Notes under the pieces: model-generated
Told to the model about the DNA's origin: nothing
The model's database searches: none
Seen by the model: the letters and a program-made list of their open reading frames with translations, nothing else
Translations under genes and position numbers: made by a program
Shown here: positions 23,886-39,400 of the stretch, in pieces
Layout of the letters: each line of letters starts with the position of its first letter
Numbering within the stretch: the first letter of the stretch is position 1
Origin: the human T2T-CHM13v2.0 reference genome, Homo sapiens
Assembly (NCBI RefSeq): GCF_009914755.1
Contig: NC_060940.1
Length of the DNA stretch: 64,000 nt
Direction: 5' to 3' (one strand)

Positions 23886-26334
23886 AAAGAAAAGCCAGGA
23901 GAGCAACCATGGTTTTAATGTAGGTGATCACTTGCTGTATAGCATGGCTTAAATATCTTGAGGCAAGATGACAGAGATTCTTCAAATTTAGGCAAGGAAA
24001 TCAGGACTGATGCAGTAGACACTAAGGCTTGAAGATGGCTGTAACTTGCTGAAGGCAATCTGTGCTCCGATTCTGCATGCTTTCCTATTGTGGCAGAAGA
24101 TAGTCAGTGGGCAATCAGCTTCCCTGGCTCTATGCTTAATGAGACATTAACTGCAAGCAATGTAGGGTGGGCATAAAGAAAGGCTTACTTAAAATGGATA
24201 ACAGAAAGATTGTCATGTTGCCCCTCAGAATGAGACATTGATTACCCTAGACCTATGGATTGAACTGGAAACTGTTCTTTTATCCAGCGAGGTGGAGAAG
24301 TAACTTGAAGCTTTGGAAATGTGGACAAGGGCCTCTTGGGATATACCTGGTTGCTTGGAGTAGATCACTACACCCCACCATGTCCCCAGAGGGGTATATA
24401 AGGCTAGGGTGCAGCATTGTTGTCTTCAGCAAAATACATGGAGGTCTGGCAGAAGCAGAGATGCTCAGTGCATCCGGTTCTGTGAAAAGTTCTAAGAATA
24501 TCACACATCAGAAGGTTGTCAGCCTAGTGTGACCAGGTGTCCAAAGTCAACTCAAAGCCAGCAGATAAAGGTGAACTTTCCTGTTTTCACTCTCAGACAA
24601 AAATGCACTGTGTGCTGCTCAGAACCAGCAGAGCCATGGGCAAGATGGGCCATATCCTGTTTAATGGTGGCCGCAGATATTTCCTGGCTGAGAGCTCAGG
24701 TCAGAGTTATATACGAGCATGCGATTATACACAGAACTCATTTATACACAAGCAGATGAGACTTTCTTTTCCTTTTTTCTCTTTTTGTGCCTCTTGTAAA
24801 ATGTCACTTTTGATCTGGGGTTGAAAAATTGCCGGCTTCCAAAAGTTGGCCTACTTAGTCCCCAAGGGACATTTTTAAATGTTGAGGATATGCCTGTTGA
24901 AAATATTCCCTTTGCAAAATTGGAGGAGAGCTTCCTGCAGATTTCCACCGCCTTGCAGCAGCCCCGTCTTCTCCTAATGAAGAAATCACTTTTTACAATG
25001 TTCGTTATAAAATAGGGAATGGCTTGAATTATCTCTCTCTGCAGGGACTTTCATTTATCTGGAATATTCAACCTAATTAGCTAGCCCAACTGGTCAAGAC
25101 TCAAGTTGATAGCCAGGGGCAGTCTTAATACATTGAAAAAAAAAGTATACAGTAGCTCTTTAAGCAGATCCGTAGTGAATATTTGAATGCTTAATATATT
25201 TACTTGAACAAATAAAGAATACATAAATGACAGAGTTTCTAAACTCATCACCTGGAGATTGCGAGGGGTGATATTTCAAATTAGTACGGATGCATCTAGA
25301 AAGTTAGCCAAGGCATGTCAGTGTTTCCTCTTAAATGCATTATTTCGTGTGTGTGTGTTTTAAGTGGACACAATGATGTTTGTGCTGTCTTGTGGCCCAG
25401 CAAACACAAACCAGGGTATTATCTGGTTATCATGGGTGTGAAAATTCAAGTACGGGTCAGAGACTGAGCATCGGAAACAGTGAGCTGTTTCTTTGACAAG
25501 CGTTAACCAGCTTGCCAGGCTGGGACCCAGAAGCAAATGTTTCCACTCCCTTCACCGGATAGCCTGGAAAGATAACTATGCATCAGGTAGTTACTTAAGT
25601 GGAACCACTGGTGTAGGGTTACCAGAGTCTTTTCCTTTTAGTGCCCAAGGGCAAAGAGCATTGTTAATGACGCCTACACCGGAAAGTAGGTTAAGAGGCT
25701 TGACACCGAACTGTTGGCGGTATTACAGTTTAACACTTGGCGTCCTCTGACTCAATGTGTAGATGCCAGTTCATGCTTTGTAGCTTCACAGAAAACTGAA
25801 GTTTAGACATCTGTAGGTGGAAGGAGTGGAACTGATAAATCATCTGTAGAAAAAAAAATGAAATACATCTTTGTTTCTTTGAACTCAATAATACCCGGTG
25901 CCTGAAATGTGAATGTGTTAATTACAGAGATTTCAAAGCAAAACCATAGCTTGCAAAGGGTAAGTGTGTTTTTACTCAGCATATTAACAATACCTTTAGA
26001 GTAGGTGCTGTCATCTCCTGAACAAAGGAATGTTTATGGAATTGAATGACAACAATGCATGGGAAGCCAAATCATAACAGGCACAATCATAAAATGTCTT
26101 TCTATGATTACATTTAACAGATTATTCTCTTATCTGTCCCTTTATTAAGAAGATGCCATTTTCCCATGAGAGCCGAACACTGCATCCAAAAAAAAATACA
26201 ACAAACAACCCTTTCCTGAAATGCATGCATAATTTTAGACAGAAAAAAAGAGAACCTTGAATCTCATTCTTTCCTACAATTAAACTCATACATTGTTTTA
26301 AATACTGCTTGAATGCTACTAAATTCACATGGAT

Positions 26335-26520
26335 GCAAGATGGTGTGATGGTTAAGAGGCTGGGTTTAGCAATCGAAGTTTCCTCTTTTCACTCCTTTAT
26401 TTGCAAAATGGGAGTAAAAATGCTGACTTTAAGGACTAAAGGATATAATACACAACGACTGTTCAGTGCCTAGCATATAGTATGTGTTCAGTAAGCATCG
26501 CTATCCCAAATATTATTATT
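26335..26520 (+). mobile_element. MIR
   Basis: 'gtgatggttaagag..tgcaaaatgggag..cagtgcctagcatatagtatgtgttcagtaa'. Confidence 0.75.
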
Positions 26521-26649
26521 TTTCAGGTAGATGGGTGAAAAGCCGAGCAAGTTGTAACAAAAGGAAGGCAATTTTTTTTTTCTGTTTGCAAACATTTTTA
26601 TGCAGGAGAATCTGAAAGAAGTCTTAGTTTTTTTTAACAGTAAGAAGTG

Positions 26650-26805
26650 GTTCTAAGACAATCTGATCCAATTCATCATTTTACACCACAAGAAACTAAG
26701 GCCCAGAGAGGGGGAAAGGACTTGCTCAAAATCCAATTGAATTCTCAGAAGAAAGAGGACTAGGCCCTAAATCCTGACAGTCAGGGCAATATTCTTTCAT
26801 TACAT
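26650..26805 (-). mobile_element. MIR/MIR3
   Basis: 'catcattttaca..aagaaactaaggcccagagagggg..gacttgctcaa'. Confidence 0.75.
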
Positions 26806-28164
26806 TCCCTGTCAATCTTTGAGCATGAAACTATGTTCATCTGGGAATGTATCATTATGTGTTATCAGTTAATGCGAGCATTGAGTCTAACTCTCTCTAG
26901 CTGGTAACTGGGGTGAGTGATAACATTGCATATTTCACTAAAATCTTTAGATGGTTATTGTTTTAAAAGTTCCTTTGTACATGTACTTGAGCTCACATTA
27001 TGTATGAGTTTTGGAATATGTAGTATCTATCTGTCTATAACTCTATAGGTGTAATTCAAGTGGAACTTACAAATTGAGAGTAGGGGCAGTTTTTTATATG
27101 AATGTTAGAGACTTTAAATTTTAAGGCATTTGTCCTAAAACGTTGCTATTAGATTGACTCTTAGGGGTTAAGGTAGACTCTCACTAAGAAGTTCATGATA
27201 AGATACTGCTGGGATATATTTTAGGTAAGAATAAATTTTTCATGGATTTGTTTGTCAACTTCCGTTAGCTGTGAACAGTATAAGCCAAGGAATTAAGGCA
27301 ATAGAACAGGAATATTTGAAGCAACATGAGGGGATGTTTCTAAATAGGGTGCTTTTCCAGAAGAGCAGATCCAGGGAACAGTATTAGGACACTGGACATC
27401 AGAAAAGTTAACTGAAAATGGTAAATACCAAGACAAGAGGAATAATGGAGGTCTCAAGCATCACTGAATTTGGAAGACTTAGCCACAATAAGCCTTTTCT
27501 TGCTGGTAACCATTGGTTGTCATGGTTCCCATAACTAACTTGCTCATTTGCAAGAACACAGAAAATGTTGGTTTGTGTGTTACAGGTTAATTTCTGGGGT
27601 GGTTATCACCATGACTGACCACCAGTGTGTTTTACAGCAGGGGAATGTTGAAACTCAACACACCTTCTGAAACACTATAGGTAAGGAAAAAACAGAAAAA
27701 CTGGCTGGGTTTTGTTTGTCTTACAGGAGAAAGTTTGTCATTTTGATCAGGTAGAAATTACTCCATCATGGGCAGTTAACCTGCAGGAATATCTTTTTCA
27801 ACCTCTGTCTGTAACCACTCTACTTTAATGACCTCCAATGCCCTTCAGGCTTCCACTGACCTGAGGCTGCAAGAGAAGACTGAGAAGGCAAATACGACAC
27901 ACTCTAAATATTGCTTACAAATAGCCCCATCTTCACATTCTTCTTGGAAACACACTTTGATTTTATTTGAGGTCCAGCTCAAGAGAATGAAACATGATTG
28001 TTCCAAGTCCTGTGGCCATGTGATTTTTTTCTTGGCAAAAGTTCTTTTTTCACTGGAAATAAACCAATAGAAGGAGAAATCCAATTTTTCAGGGAAAGTT
28101 TTGCTTCCAAAACGAAAAGACAGAAACTTATGCGGACAGTGCCTTGTACCTATGCTCCATTCCC

Positions 28165-28376
28165 CTACTTGAAGGAACCATGATGTCTGGAGCCATTATA
28201 GCCATCTTGGGAGCATAAGAGAAAGTAAGAGATTTCCAGAGAATTCTACGCAGTGCTGTTACATTGTTCAGCTGCTGAATTAGCTCTGGAGGGCCTGTCT
28301 GTAAATTCTTGAGTTATTAAGCCTTTGATGTCTAGGTTTTTTGTTACTTGCAGCTAAATGTCTTTAATTAGATATA
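28165..28376 (+). mobile_element. Old MLT1 (K/L-like) LTR fragment
   Basis: 'tgatgtctggagc..agccatcttg..gctgctgaat..ttaagcc..ttttgttacttgcagctaaa'. Confidence 0.65.
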
Positions 28377-28606
28377 ACGAGACTTTAGAGATGGCCTTAA
28401 TTTTCTGGTGGTCTTGTTCCTAACTTCCCAAATACTGGATGTGTGGTTATTTGAGTTTGGGAGATAAAACCCGGTCTCCTAATGATTTTGTGAGTTTGGC
28501 CAAAGTTGAAATTCTTCCAAAGGTCTAAGGACCATGGTTTCAGAGTAGGAGCTCTTTCTGTGACTACACTTAAAATATAAACAATTATTTTCTATTCATA
28601 TTAATA

Positions 28607-30385
<1,779 letters not shown>

Positions 30386-30399
30386 GATTCATCTGGTTT

Positions 30400-30697
<298 letters not shown>

Positions 30698-30725
30698 TCA
30701 TCTGGTTTTATATACCAAAACCTAG

Positions 30726-31376
30726 TGTGGCTGACAGATAATGTTCACAGATGCTCACTTGGTCCCCCACATCCCAGACTCTTATGTAGCTGGCTTCGGA
30801 TTAGATGACTAGTTCTGACCAATACACTGTAAGCAAAAGTGACCTGGGTCACCTCCGGACAAGAAAGTCTCAGCTGGAAGCACCTCTCTCTTCGCCTTTT
30901 GCAGTGACCTCCCAGAGTCAGCCCAAGCCCACAGGAGGCTTTGCCCAAATAAGCAATAAGCATTTATTTCATAAGCCACGGAGATTGTAATTTTATTTTA
31001 TTTTGTTTTTTATTTTTTGAAATGGAGACTCACCCTCTCATTCAAGCTGCGGTGCAATGGTGCGATCTCATCTCACTGCAACCTCTGACTCCTGGGTTCA
31101 AGCAATTCTCCTGCTCAGCCTCCTGAGTAGCTGGGATTATAGGCACCCGCCACCATGCCCGACTAATTTTTTTTATTTTTTTTTTATTTTTAGTAGAGAT
31201 GGGGTTTCCTAATGTTGGACAGGCTGGTCTTAAACTCCTGACCTCTGGTGATCTGCCCGCCTTGGCCTCCCAAAGTGCTGGGATTACAGTGTGAGCCACC
31301 ATGTCCAGCCCGAGATTAAAATTTTATTTGTTATTGCATCACCAATTTCCTTATACAAATCTCTTATTGTAATACA
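30726..31376 (+). mobile_element. MLT1J-like LTR split by an Alu
   Basis: 'atgactagttctgaccaat..gtaagcaaaagtgac..gtcacctcc', 'taagccacggagatt'|Alu|'atttgttattgcatca..taataca'. Confidence 0.75.
30991..31310 (-). mobile_element. AluS
   Basis: Dimeric Alu reverse complement; TSD gagatt..aattttattt. Confidence 0.95.
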
Positions 31377-31658
31377 CTTAGGTAACATCTTGGAATCCTT
31401 TTATCTCATTTACACCCCATATCCACCCCACCCTCAAGTCCTGTGCTCCAAGTCCTCTCACCCCTGTCATTGATAAAACCCTACATCAGTGGACTTGAAA
31501 TCAGAATTTTTGCATCTGTTGGGTTACATAAATATTTTCCCAGGGGTATGAGGAACAATTGAACAATTAGTTTAAGGCAATCCATTTCCAGATCTGCAGC
31601 TCCCGTCTTCTCTTTCCCCAGACACTCTGCCTCAGAAGGCTGCTGAGCTCATGGCTAG

Positions 31659-32005
<347 letters not shown>

Positions 32006-32422
32006 TCTGTGAGCTTTCTTACCCATCACAACAGAAAAACCGCCGCTATCCCTAGTGGACTAGGGCACCTTGCCCTGCAGTGGAAAACCCCTACAGTTCC
32101 TTGGTGAAGGGATGAAAAGGAAGGCATCTAAAGACAGAGAGACATGCTTTAGCAAGTCAGGTCGTTTCCAACTCCTTATGCTCAACCAAACTGAAGGAAG
32201 AACTAAATGAATGGATACATCATTAGAGCATATTTTGAAGATAGATTCGCTTGTCACATTTTGGCATATAACGCAGGAGTTCAAAATATTGGCAGATTTT
32301 GCCAAAAAATAGTCCTTTCATTCTATTTACATATTTTTGTAAATAAGTTTTCTCATATTTTTGTGAATACATGTCCTCAGCAACGCTTATTATCAATAAG
32401 AACAAAAATAGAAATAGAACTG

Positions 32423-32745
32423 GGCCAGGGCAGTGGCTCATGCCTGTAATTGCAGCACTTTGGGAGGCTGAGGCATCAGGATCACTTGAGGCCAGGAGTT
32501 TGAGACCAGCCTGGGCAACAAAGCAAGACCTTATGTATACAAAAAATTAAGAAACTAGCCGGGCATGGTGGCATGCTCCTGTAGTCCCAGCTACTCAGGA
32601 GGCTGAGGCGGGAGGATCACTTGAGCCCAGGAGTGCCATGCTGCAGTGAAGCTTTGATTCCACCACTGCACTCCAGCCTGAGTGACAGAAAGAGACTGTT
32701 TCAAAACAAAACACAAAACAAAACAAAAACAAACAAACAAAAAAA
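32423..32745 (+). mobile_element. AluJ with a (CAAAA)n tail
   Basis: Dimeric Alu. Confidence 0.95.
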
Positions 32746-33469
32746 TTGATACTGAGCACTGTAGCAATAACTAAAAATCATCCAAGGGGAATAAAGCCTC
32801 ATAAACCTCTTGAAGAGATATATTTCTAATAAAACCCATTTTAATGTCTAATCGTTACTAAATAGCATTTGTAATGTGATTATGTTATTTTGATAAGTTG
32901 TGTGTTAGTAATTATAATTATAATTCAATCAGAAACTATTAGTAGTTAGTACTTTATGGCCACAAAAATAAAAAAAAAAACAAATTTCCATTTTCACACA
33001 TATTTTTGATGCAAAGAATTATGCCAAGATAATAAAAGACATTCAAATATTAAAATATATTACATTTGGATAAAAATCAGTGGGGAAAATATAATGGAAA
33101 GCAGAATAAAAATACAAATGAAAAGATAAAAGAGAATAAAAAAATTGACTGTCATGGAAGAGCATGTTAATGTACTTTTAAAATGAATGCAGGCATTAGA
33201 TAGTATTTAATATGTTACAGTATGTAGATTCAATTGAGTATATTGAAAGGGATTTTATTTTAAAATGTCAACATTTATAATAAGAAGAAATTACATTTTG
33301 TAACTACTTAGATGATTGGCAAAGATTAGATGTCAACTTAAAAATGTGGAAAGGAGCTCATAATTTTTTCAAATCCTTTTAGGGTGAACAAGAGAAAAAA
33401 ATGCTTGGAAACTCCTGCCTTGGGAGAACACCCTTGTCTGTTGCATATATAATTCTCCACAATCACTCC

Positions 33470-34438
33470 CTAGCTGCTTTCTAAACTTCCACATTTCCAC
33501 TTTCCACCATTAATCTTCCCATTCCTATTGTCAATTCTCCAGTCAGTAGCCAGAGTGGTCTTTTGGTTTTGGTTTTTGTTTTATTCATTTATTATTTATT
33601 TATTTAGAGACAGGGTCTTGCTGTGTCACCCAGGCTGGAGTGCGGTGGCAGGATCATAGCTCACTGCAGCATCGACCTCCTATGCTCAAGTGATCCTCCC
33701 ACCTTGGCCCCCAAAGTAGCAAGGACTACAGGTGCATGCCACTGCACCCAGCTAAGTTTTTAATTTTTTGAAGAGACAAGGTCTTGCTTTGTTGCCTAGG
33801 CTGGTCTCGAACTCCTGGCTTTGACCAATCCTCCCGTCTCAGCCTCCCAAATGCTGGTATTACAGGTGTAGGCCACCGTGTCTGACCTTGTTTTTGTTTT
33901 TGAAGCTCAATCAGATGATGTTACTCACAGCTCTGCTTGCAAATTCTCCAACGTCTTTTCATCTAATGCAAACTCCTCATGGGCTATAACGTCCTACGTA
34001 ACCTGGCATCAATCATCTTTCACCTCCTTTCTCCTTATTATCTTGGCTGCAGTCATATTGGACATTCTGATCCCAGCACAGATAAGCTTGTCCCTGCCTC
34101 AACACCTAGGCACTTGCTGTTCCATCAGACTGTAAAGCTCTTCCCTCCCATCATTCAGTGTCACTTACTCAGAGATCCTGTCCCTAATAACCCTATCTGA
34201 AATTGCTGCCTATCTACTGCCTCTCCCCTTACCTGCTTTACTTTCTTCCTAGCACATAGTGCCATCTGAAATTATAATACATGATACTTCCTTCTAAGTT
34301 ATTTTTGTGTCTGCCTTGGTAGAATGTAAGTTCCGTGAAGGCAGAGGCTTCTGTCTGTCTTGTCTCTTTGTCCCCAGCCCCTTGAATAGAATGTGGTACA
34401 TACTAGGCATTCAGTTAATATTTGTTCATAAATGAATG
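33470..34438 (+). mobile_element. L2a 3' region split by AluJ
   Basis: 'agccagagtggtcttt', 'agaatgtaagttccgtgaaggcagag..taggcattcagttaatatttgttcataaatgaatg'. Confidence 0.85.
33575..33887 (-). mobile_element. AluJ
   Basis: 'gatcatagctcactgcagc' J-type dimer. Confidence 0.95.
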
Positions 34439-34721
34439 GTATAATTAGAAACAATTAGATAATTGTTTCTATAATTAAACAATTTATGTATTTAGACATT
34501 TATATATTTAGATATATAAACAACTTATATGTGGACAATTTATATAAATAATTACATAAAGGTATAATTTGAAACAATTTATATGCCCACAAAAAAGATA
34601 AATATTTCTTCAGTATGATAATATTCAATTTTAAAAATCATGTTTAAACTAGTTTATCATAAGCGAAAAAGCTAAGAACGTAATTTCAGTGGAAAAAGAA
34701 CAAGGTGCAAATATCTTTAGT

Positions 34722-34832
34722 TATATCTATATCTGTATCTGTATCTATATCTAAATCTGTATCTATATTTTTCTCTGTAGCTCTTTATCTATATTTCTAT
34801 CTATATCTTTATCTATTTCTATGTCTTTATCA
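34722..34832. repeat. (TATCTA)n-like degenerate microsatellite
   Basis: Direct inspection. Confidence 0.8.
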
Positions 34833-35143
34833 TCACACTGGAAAAGATTAGATACCATCCCATAAAGAGGATAATACTAGTTTTGCGGGCATGGATTATT
34901 TTGTGCTGTTGTTATAAAAGTTGTATTTGGATTGTGTAGGGGTTTAGGAAGTTGGGGAAGAATAAAGAAAAAAAAAAGGACACAATTTGGCAATAACTGG
35001 AAAGCATCCTATTCATTCACAGGTCCTGTTTTGGAAGTTCTTGCATCCATCAAACCCAATTCCCAGGAAAGGGTATGAAGTCCATGTGTGTAAGGAAGGA
35101 TAGAATACAGTAACAAACAATCCCAAAATATCAGTGACTTAAT

Positions 35144-35330
35144 ATGAGCCAGCCAGCTGTGGCTCACGGGCAAATCTGGCCTGCAACCTATTTTGGTATG
35201 GCTTGCAAATCAAGAGTTATTTTTATTTTCAAGAGTTTTTTATTTAAAAGAATATGTAATAGAGATATGCCTCACAAAGCCTAAAACATTTACTATCTGC
35301 ACCTTTACAGTAAAAATTTGCTGACCCTTG
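35144..35330. mobile_element. MER58-type hAT element
   Basis: 'gggcaaatctggcctgc..caaagcctaaaacatttactatctgcacctttacagtaaaaatttgctgacccttg'. Confidence 0.85.
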
Positions 35331-35344
35331 GGTTAAAATAACAA

Positions 35345-35524
35345 CCTCCTCAGCCTCCCAAGTAGTTGGGACTACAGGTATGCACTGCTGTGTCTGGCTA
35401 ATTTTTTTGTTTTTCGTAGAGATGAGGTCTTGCTTTGTTGCGGAGGCTGGTCTCAGACTCCTGTCCTCAAGCAATCTTTCTGCCTCAGCTTCCCTAAATG
35501 CTTAGATTACAGGCGTGGGCCACC
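35345..35524 (-). mobile_element. Tail-less AluJ fragment
   Basis: Left monomer plus part of the right monomer; no polyA. Confidence 0.9.
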
Positions 35525-36195
35525 TGTAATCCTGACGTTCATGTCCCTGTGGGCTTGGAGGCTATTCTCATCCATGTCCATCCTGAACCTGGACTGATGG
35601 AGCAGCTGCCATCTTGAATGTTGCTGGTTGCTGTGATGGAGACAGAGAGGGAGCTTTAGGCATCACATGCCTACCATTAAACCTTTAGCCCAGAAGTGAC
35701 ATATGGCATTTCTATTCAAAATTTGTTGATCATAAGTTATCACGTGGTCCCTCACAATCATAAAGGGACCAGGAAGTACAGTTATACCCTGCCATAGGGA
35801 ATGACTGCCATAGCTTAAGAGGAACCATGAGATTCTTTGAGGCCCAGAGAAGTTAAGTGGCTCTTCAAGGCCTAATATCCTGAAAGAGTCAGAGGGATTA
35901 ACACTAAATCTGCTTCTAGTGATTTCTGGAGAATATGACTGCCTCTTAGAGTGTGGAACCAGGCAATTAATTATTGGAAATCACTTTTAATCTCTACTGC
36001 TTATTTAAACATTTGGGAAATATCATATTTACATAATTAAAACAAATGATAAATTGGAATTATAACAGAAATTGTAAACTCTGCTACCTCCAGGGATCAG
36101 TTAGGTAATTAGGACAATGGGAATAAATGACCACTAGAGAGAGGTGAAGACTGCAGTGAGCTAGAGTGTACAGGCCCTTTCTAAAGGAGGGTGGT

Positions 36196-36320
36196 ACCAG
36201 GCGTGATGGCGCACACCTGTAATCTCGACTATTTAGGAGGCTGAGGCAGGAGGATCACTTGAGCCCAGCCTGAGCAACATAGGAAGAACCTGTCTTCAAC
36301 AAAATTAAATAAAGGTAAAA
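36196..36320 (+). mobile_element. Alu monomer (FLAM/FRAM-like) inside a MER102-like remnant (about 36150-36520)
   Basis: 'ccaggcgtgatggcgcacacctgtaatc..gaggatcacttgagcccagcctg'; TSD-like gagggtgg/gagtgtgg. Confidence 0.8.
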
Positions 36321-37019
36321 TAAAGAGTGTGGCTACTACTCAGCTCCAGCTGATTCTAGCCAATGCTATGCTGTTTTTTTATTTTATTTTATGTGGAAGG
36401 GGAAAACAGTAATCTGGGTTTTTATGTGAGATCATCCAAAATTTAAAATTGGCAACAGATATTGAAAGTTTACAAAAAAATGATTGGGTCCATCCAATAA
36501 GCCATATCTGTGGACTTCCATCTGAAGAACTCTACTTTGCAAACTCCAGAGTAGGAGGACTCAGTTTTTCATTTAGAACAAGGCTCTGTCTGCTTGGGGC
36601 TGATGCCTTTGGATGGCAGAAACCTAGTTTTCCTGCCTTTTGAGTTAGCTTCTGGCTCAAAGTAGTGAGTGTGTGTCTCTTAACATGTCATGGTCCTCTC
36701 TATCTCTCCCAGGTCTATGGATGAGGTTTGTAACACTATTGCAGTTTCTGGATGAAACTTGCAAGGGATTTGTCAAAGCTGGGCTCAGAGTGACTCAGTC
36801 CTAAAATCTCAGGCTCTCTGAAGAGGAATTAGCCTGGCACTAGGCTGGAGCACCCGGTCAAACCTAGCAACGTGCCATCATTGCTGATGGGCCAGATGGT
36901 GACAGTGACAGCACCTTCTGTCTGTAATGAGTCGACTGTCAGTTGGTGGCTTCATCTTTACAAGATCTTCTTGCTAATGCATTGCGGTGTTGTGCCTAGC
37001 CTTGGGTTGGTATAGAGAT

Positions 37020-37539
37020 GGTATATTGGACACCGCTTGTGGCAACCCGTCACATTCTCTTGGGCTGCATTTTGGTCCAAAATGCAGCAGCTTGCTTCTT
37101 AGGAGTATAATCTGACTCTGTTCTGCCCCAGCACGCTGGGTATGGGCTGCACTGTGTATCTCTAAACTTTCTGCTTCAGGTCTGCCTGCAGGAACCCATT
37201 TAGCTTGGCACTCACACATGTGCAAGAGATTTCACACTCCTTGGGGAAATTTTTGATCTCCAAAATATGAAGAATCGGGGAGCATAGGTAAATACTCGCC
37301 TGCTCAGTCCTCAGTCCTTTAAGCAGACAAGGCTGGGGAACATTCCAAAAGCTCCTCAGAGGCTCCTAAGGAAACCAAGCTCACAATAGTAATACCCTGA
37401 TGAGACACCCTCATTTCAACTTTCCTTCTTTCCAGGTGTAGCTCTTTCCAGTCCCTCACAGAGATTCCCTGAGCTCATGTCCTATAACAAATAAGCCCTG
37501 TCTCAAGCTCGTCTATCCTGGGGAAGCCGCATTAGGACA
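37020..37539 (+). mobile_element. ERVL LTR33-like solo LTR
   Basis: 'gcactcacacatgtgcaa', 'gctcctcagagg', end 'ccctgtctcaagctc..tcctggggaagcc..taggaca'. Confidence 0.65.
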
Positions 37540-38654
37540 AAAGGCACGCAATGCATGTTGATTGAATACTTGGGACCCATACTTTAAAATGAGGGCTTGC
37601 AATTTGCCATAACGTGGTCATTTCTAGGAACCCCCTAACTCTAGGGGGGAAGTTATGATTAAATATATCAGGAAAATCTATGGAGTACAATTCTAAATTG
37701 CATAGAAAAAAAACCCCACAGATCTCCTTGGGATCGTGCCATCAGGATAGATTTCCAGCTTTTTCAGCAGACCACTCTTCTGCCGCTTATCTTGATCCAT
37801 CCAAGCATGGTTTTTCACTTTCCTCCTCCTCCCTTCAACACATCCCTTGTTTGTAGATAATGAAGCCACTAGGCCAGGGATAAAAACTGAGTACCACCTC
37901 ATGAGCCATTGCCAATAGGCTGGAGCCCTGGATGGAGGAGAATTCTGAGGCTGTACGTGGCCTTTGGGAGGGCTCTGATCCTGTAACCATGTCTGTCCTG
38001 CATAGACCTGGGGGAGGAGGATATTGGCCTTCCATCCATGAGGCTGTCTTCTGAGATTCTTAACTGTTGTCCACGCCTATTGTAAACACCCTTGTCGAAA
38101 GCAGAGTTTAAGATTATTTTTATCAAATCATATATTTTTGGTTCACTAAGGACAACTTTGGACCTGATCCGTCCTAGCATTTTTCCTTCCACCACTATCA
38201 TTTTGACATCATCCCCAGTTCTATATTACCATTTGAACCAGTTTGTTTTTTTTTTAATCATCCCCAAAACAGTCTGCTGATCTTAAGGAATTACAGTACT
38301 TGGTCCAAATAACCCAGGAAGATGCCACATGCATTTATGTGTTACAAAAACAGAGGATCCTAGAATAGCAGGCGTAGAAATGAGAGATGGCAGATATCTA
38401 ACAGGTCATTGGCAGTCCTGTACAATTTAGTTAAATGCCTGGTATTTTTTACAGAATTTCTTTTAACACTCTCTACTTCGCTACCTAGTTCAGTCACACC
38501 TGTTACAAAACTCCATTCAAGTCTTCTACTCAGACATAGTTAGAATTTACTCTTTCATGCCAGTTCCCTATCTTCATCTTAGTTCTCAGAAAAATTTCTA
38601 AAGCATCCCTAAGTTAGTCTGTTTAAACAACAGCAACAATAATAACACTTCAAT

Positions 38655-39400
<746 letters not shown>

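Larger units (their letters stand above)
35086..35795 (-). mobile_element. MLT1J-like LTR interrupted by MER58 and an Alu fragment
   Basis: 'cagtaacaaacaatcccaaaatatcagtgacttaa', 'gctgccatcttgaatgttgctggttgctgtg', 'gcccagaagtgaca..aagggaccaggaagtaca'. Confidence 0.8.

Noticed and set aside
27215-27230. AG|GTAAGA recursive-splice-like motif
   Set aside because: Weak polypyrimidine tract and no evidence of a host intron.
37835-38280. Overlapping ORFs in unique sequence, possible processed pseudogene
   Set aside because: No recognisable homology, polyA tail or TSD.
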